A DNA stretch of 51,265 nt from Octopus sinensis (Eukaryota). Position 1 is the first letter of the stretch. Every line of letters starts with the position of its first letter. Under the pieces are notes generated by a model that saw only the letters and a list, made by a program, of their open reading frames with translations, was not told where the DNA came from and did no database searches. The position numbers and the translations under genes are program-made. The stretch spans positions 1 to 51,265 of the forward strand of contig NW_021834206.1 of the NCBI RefSeq assembly GCF_006345805.1. Reading direction: 5' to 3'. This document shows positions 26,873-38,360 of this stretch, piece after piece.

Positions 26873-26975
26873 TAGCAGTATCGCCCGGCGTTGCTCGGGT
26901 TTGTAAGGGAAATAACTATAAAGCATTTTTAGAGAGTTATAGCCAAAAAATAGCAAAAAAATGGGAAAAAAATTA
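26873..26975 (-). mobile_element. Inverted copy of the Helitron 3' end
   Basis: Near-perfect reverse complement of 26741-26845. Confidence 0.85.
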
Positions 26976-27283
26976 CTTATTGTACTTGCAAATGGTTGCG
27001 TCGCGTTCAATTAAATAATAAACAATATATATGTGTGTGTGTGTGTGTATAAATTACGATATGGAATTAAACGCAGGTGTTATTCAAATCGTTATACCTA
27101 TGGCATATGTTTCGAAGAAAACATTGATATTATTCCGGAGGGAATAAAATGATGTAAAACAATACAATCATCTCGTCAGGGTAAAAAAAAAGAGAAACAA
27201 AATATATCAATATGCCATTTTAACTGAATGTGATTACCACGTATATGATGAAGGGGAACATAGGTAAGATATTTTTTAAAAAG

Positions 27284-27323
27284 CCTTTTACTCGGAGTTT
27301 CACGTTCCCGTTCGTCGGACAGG
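27284..27323 (-). ncRNA. Minimal type I hammerhead motif, U4C variant (family C)
   Basis: cctgt-CCGACGA-acg ggaa cgt-GAAA-ctc c gag-TA-aaagg. Confidence 0.6.
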
Positions 27324-27374
27324 AACCTGAAACTCCAAGTAACAGGTTTTGTTGAATTTCTGCTGCTTTTAAAT

Positions 27375-27427
<53 letters not shown>

Positions 27428-27672
27428 TCGCTATCATGTTAAAATGTCGTATGTCCAAATTTGGGCAAATGCGTTTTTTATCTTTCAATATATATTTTTG
27501 CTCGCTATAGGTGGTTCTTTTGATCAAACTAGCGTATCTCCATCTGGTTCAGATGCCAAGATATCAAAAACTGTCATAGAGTAATGCAACAGTTTTGGTA
27601 TGGAATGGTAAAACTCTTTTTTCGCTTCCTGAAAATACAACGTTTTGGACTCATGACACTTTTGCGTAAAAA

Positions 27673-27748
<76 letters not shown>

Positions 27749-28472
27749 TATATATATACATATATATATACATACATACATATGTATATCTTTACATATT
27801 CCAACATATATACATATATTCATACAAATTTTAATGTATGTGTGCATGTATGTATATATGTATATGTATACATATGTGTGTGTATTCTGATATACCTGTA
27901 TACACACATATGCACGTATAGTTCATACATTTTCTGATGTAGAAATTATTGATTAATTGGTACAATACCAATATAATTTATGTTTTCTTACGGCAGCCTA
28001 TTAAAGAAGATTTTAATTATATTTATCTTATTTAGTCTAAGCATAGATTAGATTTCAACTAGGTGAAATGGTTTCGAGGTAAATTCTCCATCAAAACGAA
28101 TTGAGTTAATTTATAACATTAGAAATTTAATGAAGAAGAGAACCTGTCAGCTGGCGATTAAAATGCGCAGGTGATTAAAATTGCCTAGATTCTTAACTGT
28201 TTATCATTTTAATATAGTTGAAAGACAATATTATTACGCAGTTCTACAATCGAAATAAGAAGTATTTTGAGCATTTTTATCATTGTGAATATCGGCAAAC
28301 GTTCTTGTTTATCGCATGTCAATATATCTATGTAATTATTCTACTTATTGTGGTTGCTGTTGCTTAGCCTCCAAGTGTATACTGATGGAGCATATTATGA
28401 ATCGCAGGTTTTAAATAAATGTAAATTTATTATATTAAATTATCGATAATATTTGACATTATTTATTTTTGA

Positions 28473-28867
28473 GTTGTGGGACAGTCCATTACATTGATCC
28501 CAGTACGTAACTGGTACTTAATTTATCGACCCCGAGAGGATGAAAGACAAAGTCGGCGTCGGCGGAGTTTGAACTCAGAACGTAAAGACAGACGAAACAC
28601 CGCTATGCATTTCGTGCGGCGTGCTAACGTTTCTTATTTCATATACTGCCTACAAGGGGCTACACATAGAGGGGACAAACAAGGACAGACAAACGGATTA
28701 AGTCGATTACGTCGACCCAGTGCGTAACTGGTGCGTATTTAATCGACCCCGAAAGGATGAAAGGCAAAGTAAACCTCGGCGGAATTTGAACTCAGAACGT
28801 AACGGTAGACGAAATATCGCTAAGCATTTCGCCCGGTGTGCTAACGTTTCTGCCAACTTGTCGCCTT
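28473..28867 (-). mobile_element. SINE family 3, two adjacent copies
   Basis: Repeated atcgacccc.a.aggatgaaag.caaagt...gaactcagaacgtaa; reverse complement of 39497-39685 and 50636-50780. Confidence 0.85.
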
Positions 28868-28971
28868 AAAATATGTACTAAGTTGCTTTCGGGGATATTC
28901 CTGCACACACACGTACATACACAAACACATAGTTATGTTGGCATATATATGAATGCATGTATATGAAGGGA

Positions 28972-29255
28972 GGGGCGTGACCTGGTATGTAGAACATTCA
29001 CGATCGTTAGAACGTGGCCCCGATCCCCGGATCGAGCGACGCTTTGTGTTCTTGAGCTAAACGCTTCATTTTAAATTGTCCTAGTCCACTCTGCTGTAAC
29101 TGGGTTAACCCTGCAACAGAATAGCCCTTCCGATCAGGGAGGGGGATTTGCCAGCTCGCTTACCTACCGGGGTGCTATCACTCGAAAGATGACACTATGC
29201 AAGGGCATTTTGACCAGCGATGTATAACAACATGTAATATTATCTGGTTAAACAC
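28972..29255 (+). mobile_element. Degenerate tRNA-derived SINE related to family 2
   Basis: ggggcgtgacctggt head; ttgtgttcttgagc...agtccactctgctgtaa core. Confidence 0.6.
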
Positions 29256-29684
29256 GTGACAGCGAGATTTGTATGCACATCGAATCTGTCAGCTCGTAGC
29301 CAAATATGGACATCGCTGACAATTTATTTCCTCCTAGCAGTGTCCGTGCTGAAATTTAAATTCGGTAACAGCGTGAAGAACACTGTTAAGACTCTCACCC
29401 AAATATCTAACAGAGACATTCTTTCACCTGAAAACGTAGGTTAAATTCTGTAGTATTTTAAACGATTTTTTCCATTTTTCATTAATGCAGACATGTAGGT
29501 AATTTATTTCTCATAAAATATAATAATATGAATTATTTACATGTTTTTAAGTTACGAAACAATTTATAGTGATATTTCAATTTTCTTATTGTTAAATGTT
29601 ATTTCACCAAACTACCTTGTCATTTATGATTATATATATATATGTGTGTGTGTGTGTGGTGTGTGTGTGTGTGTTTGTGTGTGT

Positions 29685-29716
<32 letters not shown>

Positions 29717-29720
<4 letters not shown>

Positions 29721-30027
29721 AATAAAGATAACAAGGCCAAGGCAATTTGATATTCCTAGACCATTTATAAATAGAAACTTTTATTTTCTATTTTTCTTTT
29801 ATAATTTCTGCATTATATCTAATTTCTTGTATATTTCTCCCTCTCCAGAATAAAAACTTCTATAAAAAATGAACTCTACTAATTCCTTCGAATAAATTTT
29901 CTTTAAACTGTCGCCGATGACGGGATATCATTTATTTCCCGGAAACAGCTGTAAGACAACATTTCTATTTATAAATGTTCAAGGAATATTAACTTGCCAT
30001 GGCCTTGTTATCATACTTTATTGAACA
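29717..30027 (+). mobile_element. Fold-back mini-element with ~55-bp inverted termini enclosing a hammerhead
   Basis: gataacaaggcca.ggcaa.tt.atattcct.ga.catttataaatagaaa is mirrored at 29962-30012. Confidence 0.8.
29909..29958 (+). ncRNA. Type I hammerhead motif, U4C variant
   Basis: tgtcg-CCGATGA-cggga tatcatttatt tcccg-GAAA-cagctg-TA-agaca; palindromic loopless stem III. Confidence 0.7.
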
Positions 30028-30103
30028 TATACACGCTCGTGTACGACATGCATTAGACTCTGCACAGCTGTACTTCCCTAGTACTTATTATTATTATTAT
30101 TAA

Positions 30104-30156
<53 letters not shown>

Positions 30157-30195
30157 GAAGTAGTAGTAGTATTTTTATGCGCCCTTTTCAATATG

Positions 30196-30360
30196 TATGA
30201 CGGGCTTTTTTCAGTATCCCTCTACGAAATCCACTCGCAATTCTTTGGTCGACCCGTGGCTATATTGGAAGACACTTACCGAAGGTGCCACGCAGTGGAA
30301 CTGGACCCGGAACCATGTGGCTGATAAGGAAGCTACTTACCACAAAGCCATCTCTATACC
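30196..30360 (-). mobile_element. SINE family 1 head fragment
   Basis: gacgggctt...aaggtgccacgcagtgg.actg.acccggaaccatgtgg. Confidence 0.8.
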
Positions 30361-30497
30361 AATAGCCACCGAGGGGTCATATGTCCAAATATTAGAATAT
30401 TTTCTTTAGTGATCGCTTCTAAACATTAGGCTTAATGATAGCCCCTTAGCTTCAGGCTTATAAAACAATATTATTATAATTATTATTGTTATTATTA

Positions 30498-30562
<65 letters not shown>

Positions 30563-33038
30563 TACAGAATTGTAAAAATTGTCACTGCTTAACACCATCG
30601 CATATGTATATATATACATATATGTCTGTGTGTGTAAGCATGTGTGTGTGAGTGTGTCTGTGTGTGTAAGCGTGTGTGTGCATGAAGCGAAAGAAAGAAA
30701 GATATACAGATTGATTGAATAGATAGTTAGATAGACAGGAACGGGGAGAAACGAACGGGAACAAAGAACGCTAACAGTTATTGAGAGATAGAGAACAGAA
30801 AGACTTGTAGCTCGATAGAGTAATAGATAAATCACTTGGGATATGTCTTTATTTGATTAGGATGGAAGATTTCAGCTCTATCTCCGCAATCAGTGGTTGG
30901 TGTAACACCCATTACAGGTGAATTTGGACTGGTGTATCAGAAGTAAAAATCGCTGATATCAACTATCATTTGGTGCCCAATTCTATGGAACATTTGCGTG
31001 AGGAGGGAAGATGACAGCAACGAAAACATCAGCATCAATAATGTATTTAACTGAGTCAACAATAACTACCGTTGCAATAACATTCTTAATATAATTGGAA
31101 AGAGCGAAATATGACGGCCACACACAGACACGCACACACACGAAGACCAAACACACACATACATACGCATGCGCAAAAACCATGTTTATGTATGTGTATG
31201 CGTGACCTTTTGGCATGATGTGATTATTTGTGACTGTATATATGTCATTCTGTAATTGTATGCGTCATTATGAAGAGAAATGAACAGACACATGTGCGTA
31301 TATATATGTATATATGAATATGTGTATATATATATATATATATATATGAATATGTATATATATATGTGTGTGTGAGTGTGTGTGTATGTATATATGTATA
31401 CATATATCTCTATCTATCTATATTCTATATATATATATATACATACATGCATACATATATATACACACACACATATATATATATGTAGGTATATGTGTGT
31501 ATGTATATATATATATATATACTCATATATATATATACATATATATATATAGATATTTATGTCAGAATCAAATTTGGCATATGTGCGTACGCAGACAAAA
31601 ATACACACGTGTGTACACACGTATATCGACTCATATGTGTATGTGTGCATGTATATATGTATGTTTGTACGTATCTCTGAATGTATGTTTGTACATATAT
31701 TTGTATAATTTTGGTCAAGAGTGTGTGTGTTTATTAAACATAACATACCAAGACGTCAGTATATATATATATATATATTATATAAACACTTACAACACAC
31801 ATATACATATACAGGCATATCATGTACATATACTTTTATATATTTGTATGCGTGTATATATATATGTATAAATATATATATATGTATATATATACATGTA
31901 TATATATATATATGTACATATACATAAATATGTCCATATACATACACACACACACATACACAAATATATATATATATATACATATATATATAAATGAGTG
32001 TATGTATGTATGTGTATATATGGATGTGTTTGTCGGTGTGGATGTACATGTATGTTCTGTGCGTTTTGGTGTGTGCGTGTTTGTCTTTGCCCATGTGTCT
32101 CTATTTGTGTCCGCGTACATGTGCTTGTATTTGTGTGTGTGTGAGTGTGTGCGTGTGTGTGTGTGCGTGCGTGTGTGTGTAAACAATGAAGCGAAGTTAA
32201 GCATACACCAGATTGTTCAGGTCGACCATTTCCCTCTAATGTAGACGAGTGGACAATTGTTTCATGACTGGACATATTATTAATAGTTTCTGATTACTGG
32301 AAAGCTATCAGTCGGACAAACGGTCTGGACACGTTTGGCTATAAGCATCCAATTTTGTCAGATATATCTGTCGATTTTATCGAAAGTTGTCTTCGAGCTA
32401 TCAATCAATCACTTATGCGTCTACACACAACTCACTTCATGTATAAATACGCTCTCACAATAACAGATATTGGCTTCGTCTATACAAACACAAGTACCCA
32501 TATACACTAACACACATACACATATACACACGCATACACATACACACACCAATACACAAACTCACACATTGAAATACATACACATATACACACATATATA
32601 TGCGTGTGTGTATATATATATATATATATATGATTGTCATTGTTTAATTGTATGTGTCATAATGAAGTAAGAGTTGGAGAGAAATGAATGTATGTGTGTG
32701 TCTGTGTATACACACCCTCATATATACACACATGTATATATATCTATATACATATATACATACATATAGATATGCGTGTATATATATATATACTTATATC
32801 GAGAGAGAGAGATGGTGAGAGAGGCAAGATATAGGGAGAGAGAGAGAGAAGGAGACCGATAGAGTGAATGACAGGGTCTCACAGAATTGGTATCAAATAA
32901 TACACACGTAATCGCAGGAATAAATTCACTACACTGCGCAATAACGGACACCTACATACCGAAGCAATACAACTTCAATTGATAAATTTATATGACAATA
33001 TAAGCATGTAAGTATGTTTATATATATATATATATATA

Positions 33039-34318
33039 TCAGGTCATCCCATAAGTTCTGTTCGAATTTTGAATAAAGATATCAAGTGACCAAATGTTAT
33101 ATTTAATTGAAATTTAATCATCAATATACTTTCCCTGATTATCTATGACTTCCTTCCATCTATATTCAAGCTTTTTTAATCCCATGTATGTAAAACTCTT
33201 TTGGTTTCAAAGCGAAGAACTCTGAAATATCAGTTTCGACCTCTTCCTTGCTTGCGAAAGTTACGTCCCCCAAATGACTCTCTATACTACGAAACAAATG
33301 GTAGTCTGATGGCGAAAGGTCGGAAGAATAAGGTGGATGAGGAATTTCTTCCCAACCAAGCTCTTCGATCTTCTGTGATATGATATTTGCAGCGTGGGGT
33401 CGCGCATTTTCCTGAGGAAACATCACTCCTTTTCGATTCACTAAAGCGGGTCTTTTTTCTTCAAAGCTTGGTTCAAACGCTCTAATTGCAGACAGTAGAC
33501 TTGAGCATTGATTGTTGCATTAGGTGGTAACAATTCAAAGTGAATTATTCCTTTGCAATCCCACCAGATAGAGAGAAGAACCCTTTCCTGATGAAGTTCC
33601 CTTCTCGGTTGTGGTTACGCTTTTCCCCTTTTCCCAAGCCACTGTTTACGACGTTTAACATTTCGATATAATATCCATGTTTCTTTACCAGTCACAAGTC
33701 TATCCAAAAAGGGTGAAATGTGTTCGCGAGAATGGAGAGAAGAGCAGATGTCAACTCGGGATTTGCGGTTGCTTTCGTACAATTCATGAGGCACCCATTT
33801 CCGAAGTTTAGGAACCTTTGCAAGTTGTTGAAGATGACGAAGAACAGTTGTATTGCCAATTCTTCAACTGATAATGCAGGATTTTTTTCAAGTAATGCCT
33901 CAAGGAGCTTATCTTCAAACTCAACGGAACGTCCTGTTCGATCTTCATTTTCAAGGCTGAAATCTCCACTTCTGAATTTTGCAAACCATCTTCTGCAAGT
34001 TCTTTCATTCAAGCATTGTTTCCCATAAGCTGAGTGTATGTTTCGAGTCGCTTCGGCTGCAGAGTTTCTGTTTTTTGTACTCATAAAGCATTATAAAGCA
34101 TTATGTGCCTCAAATGCTCTTTGGATACTTCCATGTTAGAAAGGGTTTTAATCAAAGAAAATTTAATTGTATTATTCTGTAAAATAATATTTAATTAGTT
34201 TAAATGTACACAAATGCATAAAAATAATTTGTAATTCCATTAGTCATTCTAAAATACTATTAAATTTCATTCAATTTTAAAAAAGTTAAAATCGGACAGA
34301 ACTTATGGGATGACCTGG
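33039..34318 (-). mobile_element. Near-full-length mariner transposon
   Basis: TIRs caggtcatcccataagttctg.tcga / tcggacagaacttatgggatgacctg; TA flanks; ~1.28 kb. Confidence 0.93.
33114..34134 (-). pseudogene. Mariner DD34D transposase, frameshifted
   Basis: MEVSKEHLRHIMLY; CRRWFAKFRSGDFSLE; ENARPH; PHPPYSSDLSPSDYHLFRS. Confidence 0.9.
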
Positions 34319-34478
34319 TATATATACATCTTTGTATGTAAGTCATTATTCAGTTTATTTCAAGATTTGTTGCCAATAGAGAAAGAACCGGTATCAAACC
34401 CAGATCCAAAACTCCTTCACTAGAATTTCAACATCAACAAGGTAGTTTTGTTTGTATTTACGTATGTATGTATGTATG

Positions 34479-34726
34479 TTTAAATGTACACAAATGCATA
34501 AAAATAATTTGAAATTCCATTAGTCATTCTAAAATACTATTAAATTTCATTCAATTTTAAAAAAGTTAAAATCGGACAGAACTTATGGGATGACCTGGTA
34601 TATATACATCTTTGTATGTAAGTCATTATTCAGTTTATTTCAAGATTTGTTGCCAATAGAGAAAGAACTCCTTCACTAGAATTTCAACATCAGCAAGGTA
34701 GTTTTCTTTGTATTTACGTATGTATG
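34479..34726. repeat. Tandem duplication of the mariner 5' end, TIR and flank
   Basis: Copy of ~34199-34470 at an offset of 280 bp, with a ~24-bp deletion. Confidence 0.9.
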
Positions 34727-35111
34727 TACGCAACCACTATGTTTTGGATTCACGTTTATGTATAAATATTCATAATCGAGTACTTCGTATATACACACTC
34801 AGTCATATGAGCATAAATAACCAGTCACACCGACACGCACTCACACACACATGTACACAGAAACACAAATATATTCACACGGGTTAGTTACAAGCACATA
34901 CTCGCACATAGATAAACACACATTAATTGTTGAAGGACAATTGACATGAATCTTCCTGTATAGGTAACATCGATTATAGAAAATAAGATACATAAATTTA
35001 TATACCCGGTCACAGGCATATACAAGACTACGTAGATTTATACATACGTACATAGATACATATATCCATATATAAAGAATATATATATATTTCATAGCAT
35101 TTTTTCCGATG

Positions 35112-35181
35112 GCCGGATAACTGAAGAGATGGCGGCGTGGATTTCCACCTCGGCATCCGAAACTCGGAGTTTTATCATGGC
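35112..35181 (+). ncRNA. Type I hammerhead ribozyme motif (family D)
   Basis: gccggataa-CTGAAGA(35121)-gatggcggcgtgg attt ccacctcggcatcc-GAAA(35159)-ctc g gag-TT-ttatcatggc. Confidence 0.75.
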
Positions 35182-35210
35182 TAGCGAATAATAGTCACAT
35201 CTTACATTAC

Positions 35211-35258
<48 letters not shown>

Positions 35259-35319
35259 AATATATAATATATATATTATATATATATCTGTAAATGTAAG
35301 ATGTGACTATTATTCGCTA

Positions 35320-35389
35320 GCCATGATAAAACTCCGAGTTTCGGATGCCGAGGTGGAAATCCACGCCGCCATCTCTTCAGTTATCCGGC
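35320..35389 (-). ncRNA. Type I hammerhead ribozyme motif, inverted copy
   Basis: Exact reverse complement of 35112-35181. Confidence 0.75.
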
Positions 35390-35409
35390 CATCGGAAAAA
35401 TGCTATGAT

Positions 35410-35474
<65 letters not shown>

Positions 35475-35608
35475 ATATATATATATATAACAATTTAGGA
35501 ATGGCCTTAACAGGCCATTCGTCCACTAGACAGAGCAGCCATAACTCCAACCGCCAAGTAATGTAATTCGGAAATAGGTGAAAAATTAAAAACGTTTACC
35601 CTAATTCA

Positions 35609-35706
35609 TCTTAGACGATGCATCGTTTCTGCGTTTTTAATGATAGACCAGCTTAATTAAATTAAATTAAGCTAATCTACCATAGGTCACGCTTCGTCAG
35701 TAAAGA
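35609..35706 (-). ncRNA. Type I hammerhead motif with long stem II (unit 1)
   Basis: tcttta-CTGACGA-agcgt..atggtagattagcttaat/attaagctggtctatcat..acgca-GAAA-cgatgcatcg-TC-taaga; GUC site. Confidence 0.7.
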
Positions 35707-36083
35707 AACCTTTGGTAGAGGCAAATATACACGAGGCTACTGCATCGAAGCCTCTGGAATATCTGTCTTAAAATTTTCGAAGACCAGCGCAATCGCGCCA
35801 ACCTTATCAGCCATAATATAAACTGCCGATTCAATCTCAGAATTAGTCAGAAAATAATCAATTAATCAATTAGGGTAGTAAAAAATTCGATAGAAATTTA
35901 TCACTACCAGCGGCCCAGTGGAAAAGAAAAATAGTCATGAGACTAAAATGTAAATATATAACAATTTAGGAATGGCCTTAACAGGCCATTCGTCCACTAG
36001 ACAGAGCAGCTATTACTCCAACCGCCAACCGAGTAATGTAATTCGGAAATAGGTGAAATATTAAAAACGTTTACCCTAATTCA

Positions 36084-36184
36084 TCTTTTAGGCGATGCAT
36101 CGTTTCTGCTGCGTTTAATGATAGACCAGCTTAATTAAATTAAATTAAGCTAATCTACCATAGGTCACGCTTCGTCAGTAAGAA
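36084..36184 (-). ncRNA. Hammerhead motif (unit 2), cleavage triplet reads GCC
   Basis: tctta-CTGACGA...GAAA-cgatgcatcg-CC-taaaa. Confidence 0.55.
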
Positions 36185-36574
36185 ACCTTTGGTAGAGGCA
36201 AATATACACGAGGCTACTGCATCGAAGCCTCTGGAATATCTGTCTTAAAATTTTCGAAGACCAGCGCAATCGCGCCAACCTTATCAGCAGCAAATATAAA
36301 CTGCCGATTCAATCTCAGAATTAGTCAGAAAATAATCAATTAATCAATTTAGGGTAGTAAAAAATTCGATAGAAATTTATCACTACCAGCGGCCCAGTGG
36401 AAAAGAAAAATAGTCATGAGACTAAAATGTAAATATATAACAATTTAGGAATGGCCTTAACAGGCCATTCGTCCACTAGACAGAGCAGCCATAACTCCAA
36501 CCGCCAAGTAATGTAATTCGGAAATAGGTGAAAGAATTAAAAACGTTTACCCTATACATATATATATATATATG

Positions 36575-36700
36575 AAGGGACGGGACATGAGCAACTGGTC
36601 AGAGTGTTGCACTTGCGATGTAGCGGTCGTGACTTCAAGTCCAAGACCGAGTAGTACCTTGTGGTCATCAAAACACCAGGTCTTGTTTGTTGTTTACCAA
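36575..36700 (+). mobile_element. Degenerate tRNA-like SINE head
   Basis: ctggtcagagtgttgcacttgcgat...ggtcgtgacttcaagtcc. Confidence 0.4.
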
Positions 36701-36821
36701 ATATTCTGCCATGTTTCTTCTTCCATTGCTGATGCACTCTCGAACGCTAATCAGCCCACGACCACATTTATTATTATTTTTATTGTTATTATTATATTAT
36801 ATTATTATTATTATTATTATT

Positions 36822-37377
36822 GAGTGAGAGAGCAGTTCATGCCATCAAAGTGACACTGGGGTAAAATATACGAAGCCCAATATACCCATCATGACTACCC
36901 GTCTGATAAGGGTACACCAGGCACATGCATCAGAACCATATGTGCGCGACATGGTGATCTCATATCAAGATAAACAGCACATGACCTTGCAGGTGGGGCC
37001 CAGTTAGAATTTTCTTCAGGTTGAGTAGCCCATCCTGCTCAAAAGGTCCCTGAATAAGGGTTGTTTAAGGATGTTGAAAGAACCACCCATGTTTCCAGAG
37101 GTGAATTATTCAAACCCCAAGAATCCCTCTCAACACATGGCTATGATGCTCCCCCACTACTTCTGCTCGTGATCAGAGATGCACATATCGTCAGCCACTA
37201 AGGGACATGCTCAACTGGTTAAGGTAAAACAACTGACAAGCAAATCTGTGGTATTGAGCAGAATATTTGCTGTAGCCCATCTTTTATACCAAGACAAAAC
37301 AATGTACATGATAACACTTCCAATCAGTTAAGATCAGAAGCCATGAGAGCCACTGCCTGGTACTGTATCAGGGCATT
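36822..37377. mobile_element. ~555-bp non-coding element inserted in (TTA)n
   Basis: Sharp boundaries, (TTA)n on both sides, higher GC than flanks, no ORF. Confidence 0.6.
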
Positions 37378-37390
37378 TATTATTATTATA

Positions 37391-37439
<49 letters not shown>

Positions 37440-37444
37440 TCACT

Positions 37445-38360
37445 TTTCAGAGCTCTTGATTTCACCTGCTCCCGTTAATTCTGTAAGAGCGGACAACAAA
37501 CTGTTTTCAAGAATCTTACGGAGTGTCATTCTAAGTATCACTATTGAAACCCTCACTGCTCCGAATAGAGGAGTTATCTGAGCGTCTACTACTCTAACGT
37601 GAATCCCAATTTCTTCAATATATCTCGCAAACCTCTTTACTAAATCTCCCAGTGCACCAACAACTACTGGTATTAAATCTACTTAATTGCTCACAATCGT
37701 GAGTTCTTATTCTTTAGTGTCTTGTGGTTTTCAACCCTTTCTATTCCATTGTCTTCCTCTCGTACAGACCCAGGTTTGACAATGTCTCCGAAAACGTTTT
37801 ACTTCATCAATAGTCTTCGACAGCAATGTCTGGTCTCCGAGCATCAATCACCGAATCACACTGGATTGTAAAGTCACTATTCTCGTTGACACCTATTTTA
37901 TCCTCATATTACTTCAACACACTTTCAAGACTACTTCTCTCACAGTCTCCAATGGACATACTTAACTATGTTATGATACCTTTTCTATATTCTTTTTGAG
38001 TAATATGCTACGCTCATTCACAATATATGAGATTTAAGCATTTTCTTCCACGCATCCTTCAAAGGAGTGATTCGTTACACTTATATATTTGGAACCTGAG
38101 CGCTGCATTTCAATACCTCTGTGCATCATTTCGGATCACTTTTCCGTAACCACTTCCAGGTGTGTGTCTTGTAGTTTTCTTCCATTGCTCTGAGATATTG
38201 CCTATGCATCACTTACATTTTCTAGTCGTTCAATCTTTGTTCTCCATAATGTTTCTTAAATGTTTTTGGCTGTGTCACATTTTAGCTAGGAATCGTATTG
38301 CTATTTCTAATAGTAACAATTAAATATTCAATCTGCTGTTTGGCGTACCATCCCAGACTA
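37445..38360 (-). pseudogene. R4/Dong-like (RLE-type) non-LTR retrotransposon 3' fragment
   Basis: Minus translations YRKRYHNIVKYVHWRLC, DFTIQCDSVIDARRPDIAV and IPVVVGALG (restriction-like endonuclease region); 3' end abuts (TAA)n. Confidence 0.75.

Larger units (their letters stand above)
35489..36553 (-). mobile_element. Retrozyme-like tandem array, ~471-479-bp unit, ~2.2 copies
   Basis: caatttaggaatggcc recurs at 35491, 35962 and 36441; one minus-strand hammerhead motif per full unit; TA-rich flanks. Confidence 0.75.

Noticed and set aside
35765-35812. Second hammerhead in the tandem unit (CTGATAA...GAAA)
   Set aside because: G8 is absent without compensation, stem II is mostly wobble pairs, and there is no convincing stem I
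35489-36553. CRISPR-like or prokaryotic array
   Set aside because: Long near-identical units without unique spacers, no cas genes, eukaryotic context
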